This document shows, in pieces, positions 36,702 to 47,918 of a DNA stretch of 64,000 bases; the stretch's first letter is position 1; each line of letters starts with the position of its first letter. The stretch is from an uncultured Candidatus Saccharibacteria bacterium (GTDB lineage Bacteria; Patescibacteriota; Minisyncoccia; Minisyncoccales; GWA2-38-27). The stretch lies in assembly GCA_964509645.1 (NCBI GenBank), contig CAZDXV010000001.1:15890-79889 (forward strand), in the 5' to 3' direction. The position numbers and the translations under genes are program-made. The notes below the pieces were generated by a model, which searched no databases, was not told the DNA's origin, and saw nothing but the letters and a program-made list of their open reading frames with translations.

Positions 36702-37801
36702 ATTTTTTAGATTTTAAAAAGCAACATTTCTCAATAAAAAAAGAAATTGAACTAGGTTTCAAAAAGGTTTTGGAAAGCCAAATTTTTATAAACGGAGAAG
36801 AAGTGGAAAAGTTTGAAAAAGAAGTAGCTGATTTTTGTGGTGTTAAAGAAGCTGTTGGTGTAAACTCCGGTACCGATGCTCTTTCTCTTTCTTTGAAAGC
36901 TTTTGGCATAAAAGAAGGAGATGAAGTAATAACCACTCCTTTCACTTTTATTTCTACAGCAGAAACCATTATTAATTTGGGAGCGAGGCCTGTTTTTACG
37001 GATATAAATAAAGATTTAAATATTTCTCCTGAAGAGATAGAAAAGAAAATTACAGATAGAACAAAAGCAATTATCCCCGTTCATTTATTTGGATTAGTTT
37101 CTCAAATGAATAAAATTTTAAAAATAGCTAGGAACCATGGTCTTTATGTGATAGAAGATGCAGCTCAAGCTTTTGGGTCGGGATACAAAGGGAAAAGAGC
37201 GGGTTCTATGGGGGATATAGGATGTTTTAGTTTTTTTCCGACAAAAAATCTAGGAGCGCTGGGGGACGGAGGCATGGCGGTTACAAATAATGAAAAATTA
37301 GCTGAGAAGATAAGACTTTTAAGAAATCATGGTTCTGATTTCGAAAATAAATATCGAAATTTAATCTTGGGAACTAACTCGAGATTGGATTCTATCCAGG
37401 CAGCTATTTTAAGAACCAAATTAAACTATATTGAAAGTTGGATTAGGGAAAGGAGAAATATTGCAAAAAATTATAACAAAAGACTGTCCGCAATAAAAGA
37501 AATTAAAACGCCTTCTTTTGCGAAAGACGATTATCATTCTTTTAATTATTATACAATAAGAGCTAAAAGAAGAGATGAATTAAAAATTTTCTTAGAAGAA
37601 AAAGGAATCGAGACCAAAATTTATTATTTTCTTCCCCTATATTCTCAACCAGCTTTAAATTTTTTAAAAGTCGATAAAAATTATTTTTCTGAAACAGAAA
37701 AGGCAGCTAAGGATGTTCTTTCTCTGCCCATTTATCCCGGTTTTGAAAATCAAGATTTTGTTGTTAATAAGATAAAAGAATTTTATAAAAGAATTTTATA
37801 G
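36689..37801 (+). CDS. wbpE: DegT/DnrJ aminotransferase (WbpE-like)
   Basis: [29 protein letters not shown]. Confidence 0.75.
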   Translation: MARINFLDFKKQHFSIKKEIELGFKKVLESQIFINGEEVEKFEKEVADFCGVKEAVGVNSGTDALSLSLKAFGIKEGDEVITTPFTFISTAETIINLGARPVFTDINKDLNISPEEIEKKITDRTKAIIPVHLFGLVSQMNKILKIARNHGLYVIEDAAQAFGSGYKGKRAGSMGDIGCFSFFPTKNLGALGDGGMAVTNNEKLAEKIRLLRNHGSDFENKYRNLILGTNSRLDSIQAAILRTKLNYIESWIRERRNIAKNYNKRLSAIKEIKTPSFAKDDYHSFNYYTIRAKRRDELKIFLEEKGIETKIYYFLPLYSQPALNFLKVDKNYFSETEKAAKDVLSLPIYPGFENQDFVVNKIKEFYKRIL

Positions 37802-37810
37802 ATTTTTAAA

Positions 37811-38968
37811 ATGGCAAAAAAATATCAAATTTGTACAAAATGTATTTTAGACACTACGGCTCCCTATATTCATTTCGATGAAAAAGGAGTTTGTAATTAT
37901 TGCAGAAAAGAAGGATCTTTTGTAAAAAAGTATCTTTCTATATCACCTCAAAAAAAAGAAAAAGAATTAAAGAAAATAATCAATAAAATCAAAGAGCAAG
38001 GAAAAGGTAAAAAATATGACTGCATTGTAGGACTTAGCGGGGGAGTAGATAGCACTTATCTTACTTATATAGCTAAAGAAATGGGCTTAAGGCTTCTGGC
38101 TGTTCACTTAGATAATGGATGGGATGCTGAGATGGCAGTTGATAACGTTAATGATATTGTAAAAAAGCTTAATATCGACCTCTATAATTATAAGATAAAC
38201 TGGGAAGAATTTAAAGATTTACAATTAGCATACTTAAAATCTTCAGTGGTTGATATAGAAGCTATTACAGACCATGCAATAAAAGCCCTTTTGTATAATA
38301 CTGCCCAAAAAAGAAATATTAAATATATCTTGAGCGGAGGAAATATTGCAAGCGAAGGAGTTTTACCCAAGGGGTGGGCTCATAATAAAAATGATTTAGT
38401 AAACCTGAAAGATATATACGGTCGTTTCGGTACGCTTAAGCTGAAGACATTTCCTACTTTAGGTTTTTGGAAAAAAAGGTATTATGAAAAAATTAAAGGA
38501 ATTCAGAGAATAGCAATTTTGAATTATATTCCTTACGTTAAAAAGGATGTTAAAGATTTTCTTGTTAAAGAAATTGGATGGAGAGATTATGGCAGTAAAC
38601 ACTATGAGTCTATTTTTACTCGATTTTACCAAGCTTATATCCTCCCCAGAAAGTTTAATATTGATAAAAGAAGAGCTCATTTATCAAGTTTGATTTACTC
38701 GGGCCAGATGACTAGGGAAGAGGCCCTAAAAGAAATAGAAAAAGATCCTTATCCGGACAAGGGAATGATGGAAAAAGACAAAGAGACAGTTTTGAAGAAG
38801 CTTGGGTTTACCAAAAAGGAGTTTGAGAAGATAATGAAACTTCCCATTAAAAGTCATTTTGATTACAAAACTGACGCAAAAACAGTAAGTTTTGCAAGAG
38901 CTATTTATAAACCGGTGAAACTATTCAAAAACTTTGTGAATGTTTTGAAAAATTATGGCAAAAGATAA
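37811..38968 (+). CDS. wbpG: N-acetyl sugar amidotransferase (WbpG-like)
   Basis: CTKCILDT, PP-loop GLSGGVDS, KHYES. Confidence 0.8.
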   Translation: MAKKYQICTKCILDTTAPYIHFDEKGVCNYCRKEGSFVKKYLSISPQKKEKELKKIINKIKEQGKGKKYDCIVGLSGGVDSTYLTYIAKEMGLRLLAVHLDNGWDAEMAVDNVNDIVKKLNIDLYNYKINWEEFKDLQLAYLKSSVVDIEAITDHAIKALLYNTAQKRNIKYILSGGNIASEGVLPKGWAHNKNDLVNLKDIYGRFGTLKLKTFPTLGFWKKRYYEKIKGIQRIAILNYIPYVKKDVKDFLVKEIGWRDYGSKHYESIFTRFYQAYILPRKFNIDKRRAHLSSLIYSGQMTREEALKEIEKDPYPDKGMMEKDKETVLKKLGFTKKEFEKIMKLPIKSHFDYKTDAKTVSFARAIYKPVKLFKNFVNVLKNYGKR

Positions 38969-40145
38969 AAGGTTGAAAATTCTTTTTATAGCCAGTCATT
39001 ATCCAGAAAAAAGGAGTCCTCTGGAGGGAATTTTTACTAGAGAACATGCAAAAGCAGCTTCTTTATACAATCAGATTACTGTCTTATACAGTGGGGAGAA
39101 GGTTGGAAATCAAAAAAAGTTGTGGTGCGTTGTTTCTGATAAAGAAGAAGGAGGAGTTAGCACCATTAGAGTAAAACATAAAATTTCTTCTATTTCAAAG
39201 TTTTTTTCCTATTTTTTATATCTTTCTAGTATTTTTTTTACCTTTAGAAAATTAAGAAAGGAAAATGGAAAACCAGATATAATTCATGCTCATATTTATG
39301 TGGCAGGTGTGCCCGCAGTAATTTTGGGTAAAATTTATCATATTCCTGTAGTTCTTACAGTTCATTCTTCAACTTTCCCGAGACGAGCTTTAAGGCCTAA
39401 TCAGAAAAGACAAGCTAGGTTTGCTATAAACAATGCAGATCTGGTTCTTCCTGTTAGTAATTTTTTAAAAAAGAGTATTGGGGATTATGGTTTTAAAAAT
39501 GAATTTCAAGTAGTTCCAAATACTATAGATACAAAACTATTTTCCCTTCTTCTTAATGGGAAAAAATCAAAGAAAAAAGAGATATTGACAATAACTTCTT
39601 TTAAGCCAAAGAAAGGAAACCTATATCTGCTAGAAGCTTTGTCAATAATTAAAAACAAAAGAAACGATTTTTGTATTAACATTATAGGGGACAGTCCAGA
39701 GAAGAAAGAATATGAAGAAATGGTTAATAACTTGCAGTTACAGGATTTTGTGAAATTTTGTGGTTTTAAAAGAAAAAAAGAAGTTGTTCATTTGATAAGA
39801 CAATGTGATTTTTTAGTATCACCTAGTCTTTTTGAAACTTTTGGGGTATCAATTATAGAAGCTTTAGCCTGTGGGAAACCTATTGTTGCTACAAAATCTG
39901 GAGGACCTAATGAAATTATAGATAAAAAAGTAGGTGTTTTAGCCGCTACAAAAAATTCGGAAGATTTAGCAAAATCAATCGATTACATGTTGGATCATTA
40001 TCAGGATTATTCACCCGAAAGATTAGCTAATTATGCACAAGAAAATTTTAGTTACGAAAAAGTCGGCTGGACATTAAATAGAATATATAGGAAATTAATT
40101 AAAAATAAGCAAAATAATTATGAATCAAGAGAAGAAAAAGAATAA
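38955..40145 (+). CDS. Glycosyltransferase family 4
   Basis: DIIHAH, ETFGVSIIEALACGKP. Confidence 0.9.
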   Translation: MAKDKRLKILFIASHYPEKRSPLEGIFTREHAKAASLYNQITVLYSGEKVGNQKKLWCVVSDKEEGGVSTIRVKHKISSISKFFSYFLYLSSIFFTFRKLRKENGKPDIIHAHIYVAGVPAVILGKIYHIPVVLTVHSSTFPRRALRPNQKRQARFAINNADLVLPVSNFLKKSIGDYGFKNEFQVVPNTIDTKLFSLLLNGKKSKKKEILTITSFKPKKGNLYLLEALSIIKNKRNDFCINIIGDSPEKKEYEEMVNNLQLQDFVKFCGFKRKKEVVHLIRQCDFLVSPSLFETFGVSIIEALACGKPIVATKSGGPNEIIDKKVGVLAATKNSEDLAKSIDYMLDHYQDYSPERLANYAQENFSYEKVGWTLNRIYRKLIKNKQNNYESREEKE

Positions 40146-40950
40146 TTCATATAACCATGAAGTGAAACGTTTACTTGCTCCATATAAAGCAGTGCTTCCT
40201 TTGGTTTCTGGAAAAAGAGTGCTTGATCTTGGTTGTGGGCGAGGACGGGGTTCTAGTGTGTTAGCGGATTATGCTGAAAAAGTAGTAGCTATTGATATTT
40301 CAGCCGATACCATATCTGAGAATAAGAGGAGGTATGTAAACAAAGGAAATCTTGTTTTTAAAGAAATGAATGCCGAAAAATTAGAATTAGAAGATAATAA
40401 TTTTGATGTTGTTATTTCCTTTGAGGTTATTGAGCACGTGGATAATCCTGATATCTTTTTAAGAGAGATCAAGAGAGTTCTTAAGTCCTCAGGATTTGCG
40501 TTCTTGACAACGCCGAATAGAAAGGTGCGTTTACTTCCTTTACAAAAACCATGGAATCCCGAACACAAAAGAGAATATTATTTAAAAGAATTTCGGAAAG
40601 AATTAGAATCTGTTTTTTCAAATACAACAATATTGGGTATTTTTGGAAGAGGAAATTTACATGATTTGTTTTTAAAAAAGCAGAAACAAAATATACTGGG
40701 AGTTTATGGAACAATGATTTTTACTCCTCGATTAGCTGGTTTTGTTAAATTTCTTCTTGGTAAAGAAAAGAAAAAATATATTCAGGGAAAAAATCAAGGG
40801 ACACAGGAAAAATCCTTTGGCAAGCTAGATGACAAGCAATCGCTGATCGTGATAAAAGAAAATTTAAAATCCTGCCTTAATTTTTTTGCTATTTGTACCT
40901 TAGATAAAAACATAAACATTAGGAAAATTAAAAAAATATTGTTTAATTAG
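40120..40950 (+). CDS. Class I SAM-dependent methyltransferase
   Basis: VLDLGCGRG, SFEVIEHV, LTTPN. Confidence 0.9.
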   Translation: MNQEKKKNNSYNHEVKRLLAPYKAVLPLVSGKRVLDLGCGRGRGSSVLADYAEKVVAIDISADTISENKRRYVNKGNLVFKEMNAEKLELEDNNFDVVISFEVIEHVDNPDIFLREIKRVLKSSGFAFLTTPNRKVRLLPLQKPWNPEHKREYYLKEFRKELESVFSNTTILGIFGRGNLHDLFLKKQKQNILGVYGTMIFTPRLAGFVKFLLGKEKKKYIQGKNQGTQEKSFGKLDDKQSLIVIKENLKSCLNFFAICTLDKNINIRKIKKILFN

Positions 40951-40956
40951 TACGAT

Positions 40957-42294
40957 ATGACAGAAGATACAAAAAATCTATCCAGAAACAGCTTGATAAC
41001 TTTTGTAAGCAGAATAATTATGATAGTGGTAGGGATTTTAAGCTCTATTATTCTGGCCAGAGTTTTGGGTCCGTCTGAAAGGGGGGTCTATGCATTGATT
41101 TTTTTGTTTCCCGCGATTTTTTCAATGATTGGCAGCTTTGGGGTAGGAACATCTAATACTTATTTTACGGGCAGCAGAAAATATAAAATAAACGATATTG
41201 TTTCGAATTCTTTAATTTTTGCTTTTGGGATGAGTTTTATTGTTATTTTATTTTTTTGGGGAGCGACTGAAACAAAAATTTTTCAGCAATATCTTTTATC
41301 AAATAAAATTCCCTTGAATTATTTATGGTGGGCAGTGTTGCTTTTGCCAATTCTTTTGTTGTCAAATTTTTTAAAGCAAATTATCTTAGGAAAAGAAAAA
41401 ATTAAGAATTTCAATAAGATAGGTATATTTGAAAAAATCTTTGAACTTTTTTTGATAATTCTGCTCTTAATAATTTTAAACAAGGGCTTATTTGGTGCTG
41501 TTATTTCTTTTATATTTACTGCTTTGGGTGTTGCTTTAATAATATTTTTACTTGTAAGAAAAATGGGTCAGCTTAATTTTTCTTTTAATTCTAAATTAAT
41601 GAAAGAATCGATTAAATACGGCGGTAAAGCCTATATCGGGGATTTTGTTCAGTTTTTAAATTATCGTCTAGACATGTTTTTAGTCGCTTGGTTTTTAGCT
41701 CCTGTAGCGGTGGGATATTATGTAATTGCTGTTGGACTAGCTGAAAGAATTTGGTTAATACCTGGCTCCATAGGATTAGTTTTGTTTCCTCGTGTTTCTT
41801 CAGTAGGAGGAAAAAGAGCTAACTTATTTACTCCTAAAATAGCTCGGAATATTTTGTTTAGTCTTCTTCTTATTTCTATTCCTATTATTTTTTTGGTGAA
41901 GCCTTTCGTCGGATTATTGTATGGTATTAATTTTCTTCCCTCCGTTACCCCCTTTTTAATTTTACTGCCCGGCATAATAGTTCTTGGTTTTGCTAAAATA
42001 TTGGCTAGTGATTTAGCTGGTAGAGGCAAACCGGAATTTTGTACTTATTCTGCTTTGATTTCTTTGGCGATTAATATTCCCTTAAATATTGTTTTAATTC
42101 CAAAATGGGGTATTTCGGGAGCAGCTTTCGCTTCTTCGGTAGCTTATTTAACAGCAACCATTGTATTATTGCTTTCATTTTTAAAGCTTTCGAAAAGCTC
42201 TTGGCGAGATACTCTTTTGATTAAAAAAGAAGACCTTAATAATTATTTAAATTTATATTTCATAATTAGAAACGCTATCAAAACCAGACTATGA
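40957..42294 (+). CDS. wzx: Wzx-type oligosaccharide flippase
   Basis: ARVLGPSERG, NYRLD, LIPKWGISGAA; about 12 TMs. Confidence 0.85.
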   Translation: MTEDTKNLSRNSLITFVSRIIMIVVGILSSIILARVLGPSERGVYALIFLFPAIFSMIGSFGVGTSNTYFTGSRKYKINDIVSNSLIFAFGMSFIVILFFWGATETKIFQQYLLSNKIPLNYLWWAVLLLPILLLSNFLKQIILGKEKIKNFNKIGIFEKIFELFLIILLLIILNKGLFGAVISFIFTALGVALIIFLLVRKMGQLNFSFNSKLMKESIKYGGKAYIGDFVQFLNYRLDMFLVAWFLAPVAVGYYVIAVGLAERIWLIPGSIGLVLFPRVSSVGGKRANLFTPKIARNILFSLLLISIPIIFLVKPFVGLLYGINFLPSVTPFLILLPGIIVLGFAKILASDLAGRGKPEFCTYSALISLAINIPLNIVLIPKWGISGAAFASSVAYLTATIVLLLSFLKLSKSSWRDTLLIKKEDLNNYLNLYFIIRNAIKTRL

Positions 42295-43304
42295 TAAAAA
42301 AAAGAAAAATTCATAATTACCTAAGAAGAACTGTATTTAAAAATAAAGAATCAGTTTTTTCTCGTATCTTGGCAAGATATCAGTCGCTTAGCTATCCGGA
42401 ATATTGTCCTAAGACAAGTCTGGAGGGAAACAGTTCCTCAGGGCCGAGGATAGCCATAGCGGCTTGTTCTGATATAGCGTCCGAAAAAGAGCAACCGCAA
42501 TGGGGAGATTACTGGGTTAAATATCGATTAACCGAAGAGTTGGAGAAATTGGGATATGCGGTCGGCGATACAGATCCCGATATTATTATTCATCTTTTTG
42601 GTAGCCCCGTTAAACTGCCTAAAAACACTTTTAATATTGCCTGGATATATAGCCATCCGAACTGGGTTAGTCCTTACATTCTTAAGCAGTATGATAAAAT
42701 ATTCTGTTTATCTTCTTCTTTTGCAGAAAAGATTGAGAAATGGGGATTAAATACAGAGTTGATGATTGGGGCGACAGATAAAAAGCCCGCTCAGGAGGAT
42801 GTAAAATATGATGTTGTTTTTGTTGGAAACGTCCATTCGGCTCCTGAAAGAGGAAAGATTATTCAGTATCTCGCAGGAATCCCCTGTAATTTTAAATTAT
42901 GGGGTAAGGGATGGAAAAATATAATACCCGAAAAGTGCTACGGGGGAGACTATTTTGATAATAGAAAATTAGATAAACTGTACGCCTCTTCTTTGATTAG
43001 TTTAAACGATCATCATGAGGATATGGCTCGAGAAGGTTTTGTCGCAGTAAGAGTATTCGACATCTTAGCTAGTGGGGGTTTTTGCATCTCAGATAAAAAT
43101 TCAGGCATCGAGGAAATTTTTGGAAATGCGGTGCCTCAATATAAATCCCCCGAGCATTTAAAAGAGCTTATTGATTTTTATCTTAAAAATCCAAGGGAAA
43201 GGGAAAAATTAATGAAAAAAGGGAGAGAAGTAGCTCTCTCTCATACTTGGAGAAAAAGAGCAGAACAATTTTCAAATGTTATAAAAAGAAAAAATGTTAA
43301 GTAA
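42291..43304 (+). CDS. CgeB-like glycosyltransferase
   Basis: YDVVFVGN, RVFDILASGGFCISD, HTWRKRA. Confidence 0.8.
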   Translation: MIKKRKIHNYLRRTVFKNKESVFSRILARYQSLSYPEYCPKTSLEGNSSSGPRIAIAACSDIASEKEQPQWGDYWVKYRLTEELEKLGYAVGDTDPDIIIHLFGSPVKLPKNTFNIAWIYSHPNWVSPYILKQYDKIFCLSSSFAEKIEKWGLNTELMIGATDKKPAQEDVKYDVVFVGNVHSAPERGKIIQYLAGIPCNFKLWGKGWKNIIPEKCYGGDYFDNRKLDKLYASSLISLNDHHEDMAREGFVAVRVFDILASGGFCISDKNSGIEEIFGNAVPQYKSPEHLKELIDFYLKNPREREKLMKKGREVALSHTWRKRAEQFSNVIKRKNVK

Positions 43305-44358
43305 TAAGAAGGAAAAAAAATTTATTGAGAGTTACAAGTCGAGAGAATTACTCGGTTTTTCTAAAAACCTCTTGGTTTATATTTTAAGTAAACATCAACC
43401 CTTATATTTTCTGAAAAATCTATTCAAATATAAAAAACGGAAAGATATAAAGATATTCTATATAGATTATTTTACCCCTGAGAATTCTAATTTTTATTGG
43501 CTAAGAGCTTTTAGAAAAGTTGGGCAGGTGATGATATTTGATGTTGGTAAAGATAATCTTAAAAAACTTCAAAGCAAGATTTTAGATTTTAAACCGGATC
43601 ATATTCATTTAGGGGGTAGTGTTAAGGATAATCATATTACTCCACAGTTTCTAGCTGGTTTAAAAGAAAAATTAAACTTTACCGCTTCTGCCTTTTATGG
43701 AGATGGATCATATTCTTTTTATCATTTTAAATTAGCAGAGATTGTTGATTATATTTATCTGTCGAATAAAACTCACATTAAAATCAATCAGGAGAGAGGA
43801 TTGAATAATTTTAAGTATATGCCGTGTCCTACATACCCTGACATTTTTAATCATCAAAAAGGTAGAAAAATATACGAGATAATTTTTATCGGTAATAATA
43901 ATCGGTCGGAACGGCTTATTCTCCTTAAAAAAATAGCTGAAAGATACAATCTGAGAGTATTCGGTAATGGCTGGGAGAAAACAGGGCTTGACTGGGGTAG
44001 CCCGGTTTATGGAAAAGATTTTAGCCGGATTTGCAGTCAAGCTAAAATATGTTTAGGAGAAAAACAACCATCTTGCGCTGAATTAGAGGCCTGTTTTTCT
44101 AACCGCTTGATAAATACTCTAGCCACAGGTTCTTTCTATGTTAATCCTTATAGTCGGAATCTGGAAAGCATTTTTACTAATAGAGAGCATTTGGTTTGGT
44201 ATGAAAATGAAGAAGAGTTATTTAAGCTGATTGATTACTATTTAGAGAATCCAAGAGAGCGGGAAAGAATTGCCCGCGAAGGCCAGAAGGAGGTTTACGC
44301 CAAATATACTTATGATAAGAGCGTAAAAATAATTTTAAAAAATGTAGGTATTAAATAA
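43294..44358 (+). CDS. CgeB-like glycosyltransferase
   Basis: IIFIGN, SNRLINTLATG, RERIAREG...YTY. Confidence 0.8.
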   Translation: MLSNKKEKKFIESYKSRELLGFSKNLLVYILSKHQPLYFLKNLFKYKKRKDIKIFYIDYFTPENSNFYWLRAFRKVGQVMIFDVGKDNLKKLQSKILDFKPDHIHLGGSVKDNHITPQFLAGLKEKLNFTASAFYGDGSYSFYHFKLAEIVDYIYLSNKTHIKINQERGLNNFKYMPCPTYPDIFNHQKGRKIYEIIFIGNNNRSERLILLKKIAERYNLRVFGNGWEKTGLDWGSPVYGKDFSRICSQAKICLGEKQPSCAELEACFSNRLINTLATGSFYVNPYSRNLESIFTNREHLVWYENEEELFKLIDYYLENPRERERIAREGQKEVYAKYTYDKSVKIILKNVGIK

Positions 44359-44367
44359 TTTAAAAAT

Positions 44368-45492
44368 ATGAAAAATATTCAATTATTTAGAACAAATATA
44401 TCTGAAAAGTCTATAAAAGCAGTAATTAAGGTTTTGCGCTCTGGCTGGCTCAGCTTAGGCCCTAAAACAGCTGAATTTGAAGAAAAGTTCGCTGAATATG
44501 TAGGAGCAAAATATGCCGTAGCTCTCAATTCTTGTACAGCTGCTCTGCACCTTGCTTTAATCATCAGTGGTGTAAAAGAGGGAGATGAGGTTATTACTAC
44601 TCCCCTTACTTTTGTTTCTACCAATCATGTTATCTTATATCAAGGAGCACTTCCTGTTTTTGCTGATGTAAACCCTAAAACTTACTGTATTGATCCAGAA
44701 TCAATCAAGAAAATGATTACAAAGAAAACAAGGGCTGTAATAGTTATGCATTACGGAGGCCATCCCTGTGAGTTGGATAAAATATATAAAATAGCCAAAA
44801 AGCATAATCTTAAAGTAATTGAAGATGCAGCTCACGCTTGTGGTTCATCTTATAAGGGTAAAAAAATAGGTTCTTTTGGATTAACTTGCTTTAGTTTTCA
44901 TGCGGTCAAAAACTTGCCTACGGGTGATGGAGGAATGATAACAACAGATAATAAAAACTATTACGAAAGGTTAAAGAAATTAAGGTGGTTAGGCATAGAT
45001 AAGAGTACTTATGAGAGGACAAAAGCTGATAAAAAAAATTCAGATATCTATGCTTGGAAATATAATGTACCGGAAGTAGGATATAAATATCATATGAATG
45101 ATATTAATGCAGCGATTGGTATAGAACAATTGAAACTGTTAGACAAAGAAAATGCTTACCGAAGAAAATTAGCTAAAATATATAATCAGGGGTTGAGCCA
45201 CCCGGATATTATTTCTCTTCCCCACGTATCGCCAGATGTGGTTACTTCTCAACACTTATATGTAATTCAGGTTAAAAAAAGAGATGGCCTCATTGTTAAG
45301 TTAAAAGCTAACGGTATTGCTCCAGGAGTTCATTATAGGCCGAATAATATTTACCCTATGTATAATGGGTATAAGGCCGACATAGGAGTTGTTACAAAAA
45401 TATCGGGAAATATCATTTCTTTGCCAATGCATACGTTATTATCAAAAAAAGATGTTTCTGAAATAGCTAAAATAATTAATCAAGGTTGGTAA
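44368..45492 (+). CDS. DegT/DnrJ sugar aminotransferase
   Basis: NSCTAALH, EDAAHACG, SFHAVKNL, GYKYHMND. Confidence 0.9.
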   Translation: MKNIQLFRTNISEKSIKAVIKVLRSGWLSLGPKTAEFEEKFAEYVGAKYAVALNSCTAALHLALIISGVKEGDEVITTPLTFVSTNHVILYQGALPVFADVNPKTYCIDPESIKKMITKKTRAVIVMHYGGHPCELDKIYKIAKKHNLKVIEDAAHACGSSYKGKKIGSFGLTCFSFHAVKNLPTGDGGMITTDNKNYYERLKKLRWLGIDKSTYERTKADKKNSDIYAWKYNVPEVGYKYHMNDINAAIGIEQLKLLDKENAYRRKLAKIYNQGLSHPDIISLPHVSPDVVTSQHLYVIQVKKRDGLIVKLKANGIAPGVHYRPNNIYPMYNGYKADIGVVTKISGNIISLPMHTLLSKKDVSEIAKIINQGW

Positions 45493-45493
45493 T

Positions 45494-45988
45494 ATGAACA
45501 TAAGCTTAAAGCCTTTAAAAAAAAATTATATAGAATTTTTAAGAAAGGTAAGAACTAACCCAAAAATTAATAAGCATTTATTTACGGATGTTTATAACTC
45601 TTCGGAGAAGCAAAAAAAATGGTATAAGGATGATTATTTAAAAGATAAAAGCTACCTAATATTTATCGCCTTCGATGGAAAAACTCCCATTGGATACGGT
45701 CAGATAAACCATATAGATTATCATAATTATTCTTGCGAGGTAGGTTTTTGTGTCGCCCCGGAGTTTCAGGGGAGAGGGTACGGAAAGATCTTAACAAAAA
45801 GGATAATTAATTATTCTATTAAAGAACTAAAAATGCATAGAATATATCTAGAAGTTTTTACTACAAACAAGAAAGCAATTAAGCTATATGAAAAGATTGG
45901 ATTTAAAAAAGAGGGTGTTCTGAAGGACAAAGTATTTAAAAATGGAAAGTTTCATAATGTGCTTTTGATGAGTATTATAGCTAAATAG
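45494..45988 (+). CDS. GNAT N-acetyltransferase (PseH/RimJ-like)
   Basis: FQGRGYG, NKKAIKLYEKIGF. Confidence 0.85.
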   Translation: MNISLKPLKKNYIEFLRKVRTNPKINKHLFTDVYNSSEKQKKWYKDDYLKDKSYLIFIAFDGKTPIGYGQINHIDYHNYSCEVGFCVAPEFQGRGYGKILTKRIINYSIKELKMHRIYLEVFTTNKKAIKLYEKIGFKKEGVLKDKVFKNGKFHNVLLMSIIAK

Positions 45989-46022
45989 AGCTGATTATGA
46001 GTTTTAAATCTTAAAATTATTG

Positions 46023-46937
46023 ATGAAAAAGAAACCAGAGATAAGCGTTATTATTCCTACTTTTAATAGAGAAAATTTATTATCACAATCTATTAAAAGT
46101 ATTTTGAGTCAATCTTATCAAGATTTTGAAATTATCGTTGTGGATGATGCTTCGACTGATAATACTAGAAAAATTGTTGAAAGTTTTAACGTTGATAAAA
46201 TAAGATATATTCGGCATAAAAAAAATAAAGGAGGAGCGATTGCAAGAAACACTGGGATCAAAACTGCTAAAGGAAAATATATTGCTTTTCAAGATAGTGA
46301 TGATAGATGGCTACCCATGAAACTAGAAAAACAGATAAAGATTTTTGAAAATTCGCCGCCGGAAATAGGTCTTGTCTATACCGGTCTTTGGAAAATAAAA
46401 GGAGATAAGAAGATCTATATTCCATCGGGAGCAAATAAAAAAGACGGGGATGTTTACAAGGAACTTCTTAAAAGAAACTTTGTGGCTGCTCCGACTATTT
46501 TAGTGTCTAAAAGATTTCTTGATAAAGCAGGCATGTTCGATAAAAGATTATCGCGACTTCAAGACTGGGAATTGGCTATAAATCTTTCAAGATACTGCAA
46601 ATTTAAATATATAAATAAACCCTTGGTAATTTCATCCTACACATCAAATAGTATTTCCAGTGACAGGGAAGCATTAATCGAGTCATTTAAAATTATTTTA
46701 GCTAAATATTTCAAAGATATTTCCAAAAACAAAAAACTTTTATCAGATTACTATTTTAGAATTAGTGTTAATCTTTGCTCTAATGGGGAAGTTAGAGAAG
46801 GAAAGAAATACCTTAAAAAGGCTTTTCATGCTTGTTTTTGGAATATTAAAATATTGCTGGTATTTTTCGTTTTGTTATTCGGCCATAATTTTTATAGTAA
46901 AGTTATAGAAAAGTATCGAAAGATCAAAAATGAATAA
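46023..46937 (+). CDS. Glycosyltransferase family 2
   Basis: SVIIPTFNR, DDASTD, FQDSDD. Confidence 0.9.
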   Translation: MKKKPEISVIIPTFNRENLLSQSIKSILSQSYQDFEIIVVDDASTDNTRKIVESFNVDKIRYIRHKKNKGGAIARNTGIKTAKGKYIAFQDSDDRWLPMKLEKQIKIFENSPPEIGLVYTGLWKIKGDKKIYIPSGANKKDGDVYKELLKRNFVAAPTILVSKRFLDKAGMFDKRLSRLQDWELAINLSRYCKFKYINKPLVISSYTSNSISSDREALIESFKIILAKYFKDISKNKKLLSDYYFRISVNLCSNGEVREGKKYLKKAFHACFWNIKILLVFFVLLFGHNFYSKVIEKYRKIKNE

Positions 46938-47904
46938 AAAAGAAAAGTCTAAAATTGATATTTCTATTGTTGTCGGGAAGGGAAATAAAGAATTTATTTT
47001 ACCTTGCTTGCAGTCAATTTATGAAAACTATAGTAAAACGGCGGAAGTTTTTGTTATATCTAATTTGGCCTCTCAAGATACAATAAAAGAAATTAAAAAT
47101 CGGTTTCCACGTGTTTATCTTAAAATGAATAAAGAGAAAAAAGGGTTTGCTGAAAATCATAATAATATCATAGAAATAACCGAGAAGAAATATATTCTTA
47201 TTCTCAATGATGATACAATAGTATTAAAAAATGCTATAGATAAAATTGTAGATTATATGGACAAGCATCCTAAGGTAGCAGTAATTAGCCCAAAACTTTT
47301 AAATCCAGATTTATCTTTACAGCAATCTACTTATAGCTTTCCCAGTTTATTTACAATTTTCTTAAAGTTTTTTGGAATTAGAAGGTTAATTCCATTTAAT
47401 AAATTTACATATAAAATAGCGTCTTGTTTTTATAAGAAAGGAAAATCAAGATTCTGGTCGCACGATAAAACATGTCAAGTAGATACCTTGCGAGGAGCTT
47501 GTGTTCTAGTAAGAAGAAAGGCTGTAGAAGAAGTAGGATTAATGGATGAAGTTTCTTTAGCTTACGGGGACGAAACAGAATGGCATTATAGATTTAAAAA
47601 AAAGGGGTGGAAAGTTGTTTTCTATTCTAAAGCCAGCATAATTCATTATGGAGAACAAACTACCAAAAAACAACATTTGCATATAAAAGAAGAAGAAATA
47701 AAAGGACTGCTAAACTTTTATAGAAAGCATAAAAACATAGTAAGCTATTGTTTTTTAAGAGGAATAATTATATTTATCTTTTCCTTTCTTTCCTTATTTT
47801 CTTTAATGACTTCTAAGAAAAAAATATCAGAATCATATCTTAAAATTGTAAAAATCTCTTTCTGTTTTAATAAAATTCTAAAAGAAAAAAGAATATTTTA
47901 CTAA
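46930..47904 (+). CDS. Glycosyltransferase family 2 (rhamnosyltransferase-like)
   Basis: GFAENHN, LILNDDT, GACVLVRR...GLMDE. Confidence 0.85.
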   Translation: MNKKEKSKIDISIVVGKGNKEFILPCLQSIYENYSKTAEVFVISNLASQDTIKEIKNRFPRVYLKMNKEKKGFAENHNNIIEITEKKYILILNDDTIVLKNAIDKIVDYMDKHPKVAVISPKLLNPDLSLQQSTYSFPSLFTIFLKFFGIRRLIPFNKFTYKIASCFYKKGKSRFWSHDKTCQVDTLRGACVLVRRKAVEEVGLMDEVSLAYGDETEWHYRFKKKGWKVVFYSKASIIHYGEQTTKKQHLHIKEEEIKGLLNFYRKHKNIVSYCFLRGIIIFIFSFLSLFSLMTSKKKISESYLKIVKISFCFNKILKEKRIFY

Positions 47905-47918
47905 TCAATTTTTAAGAA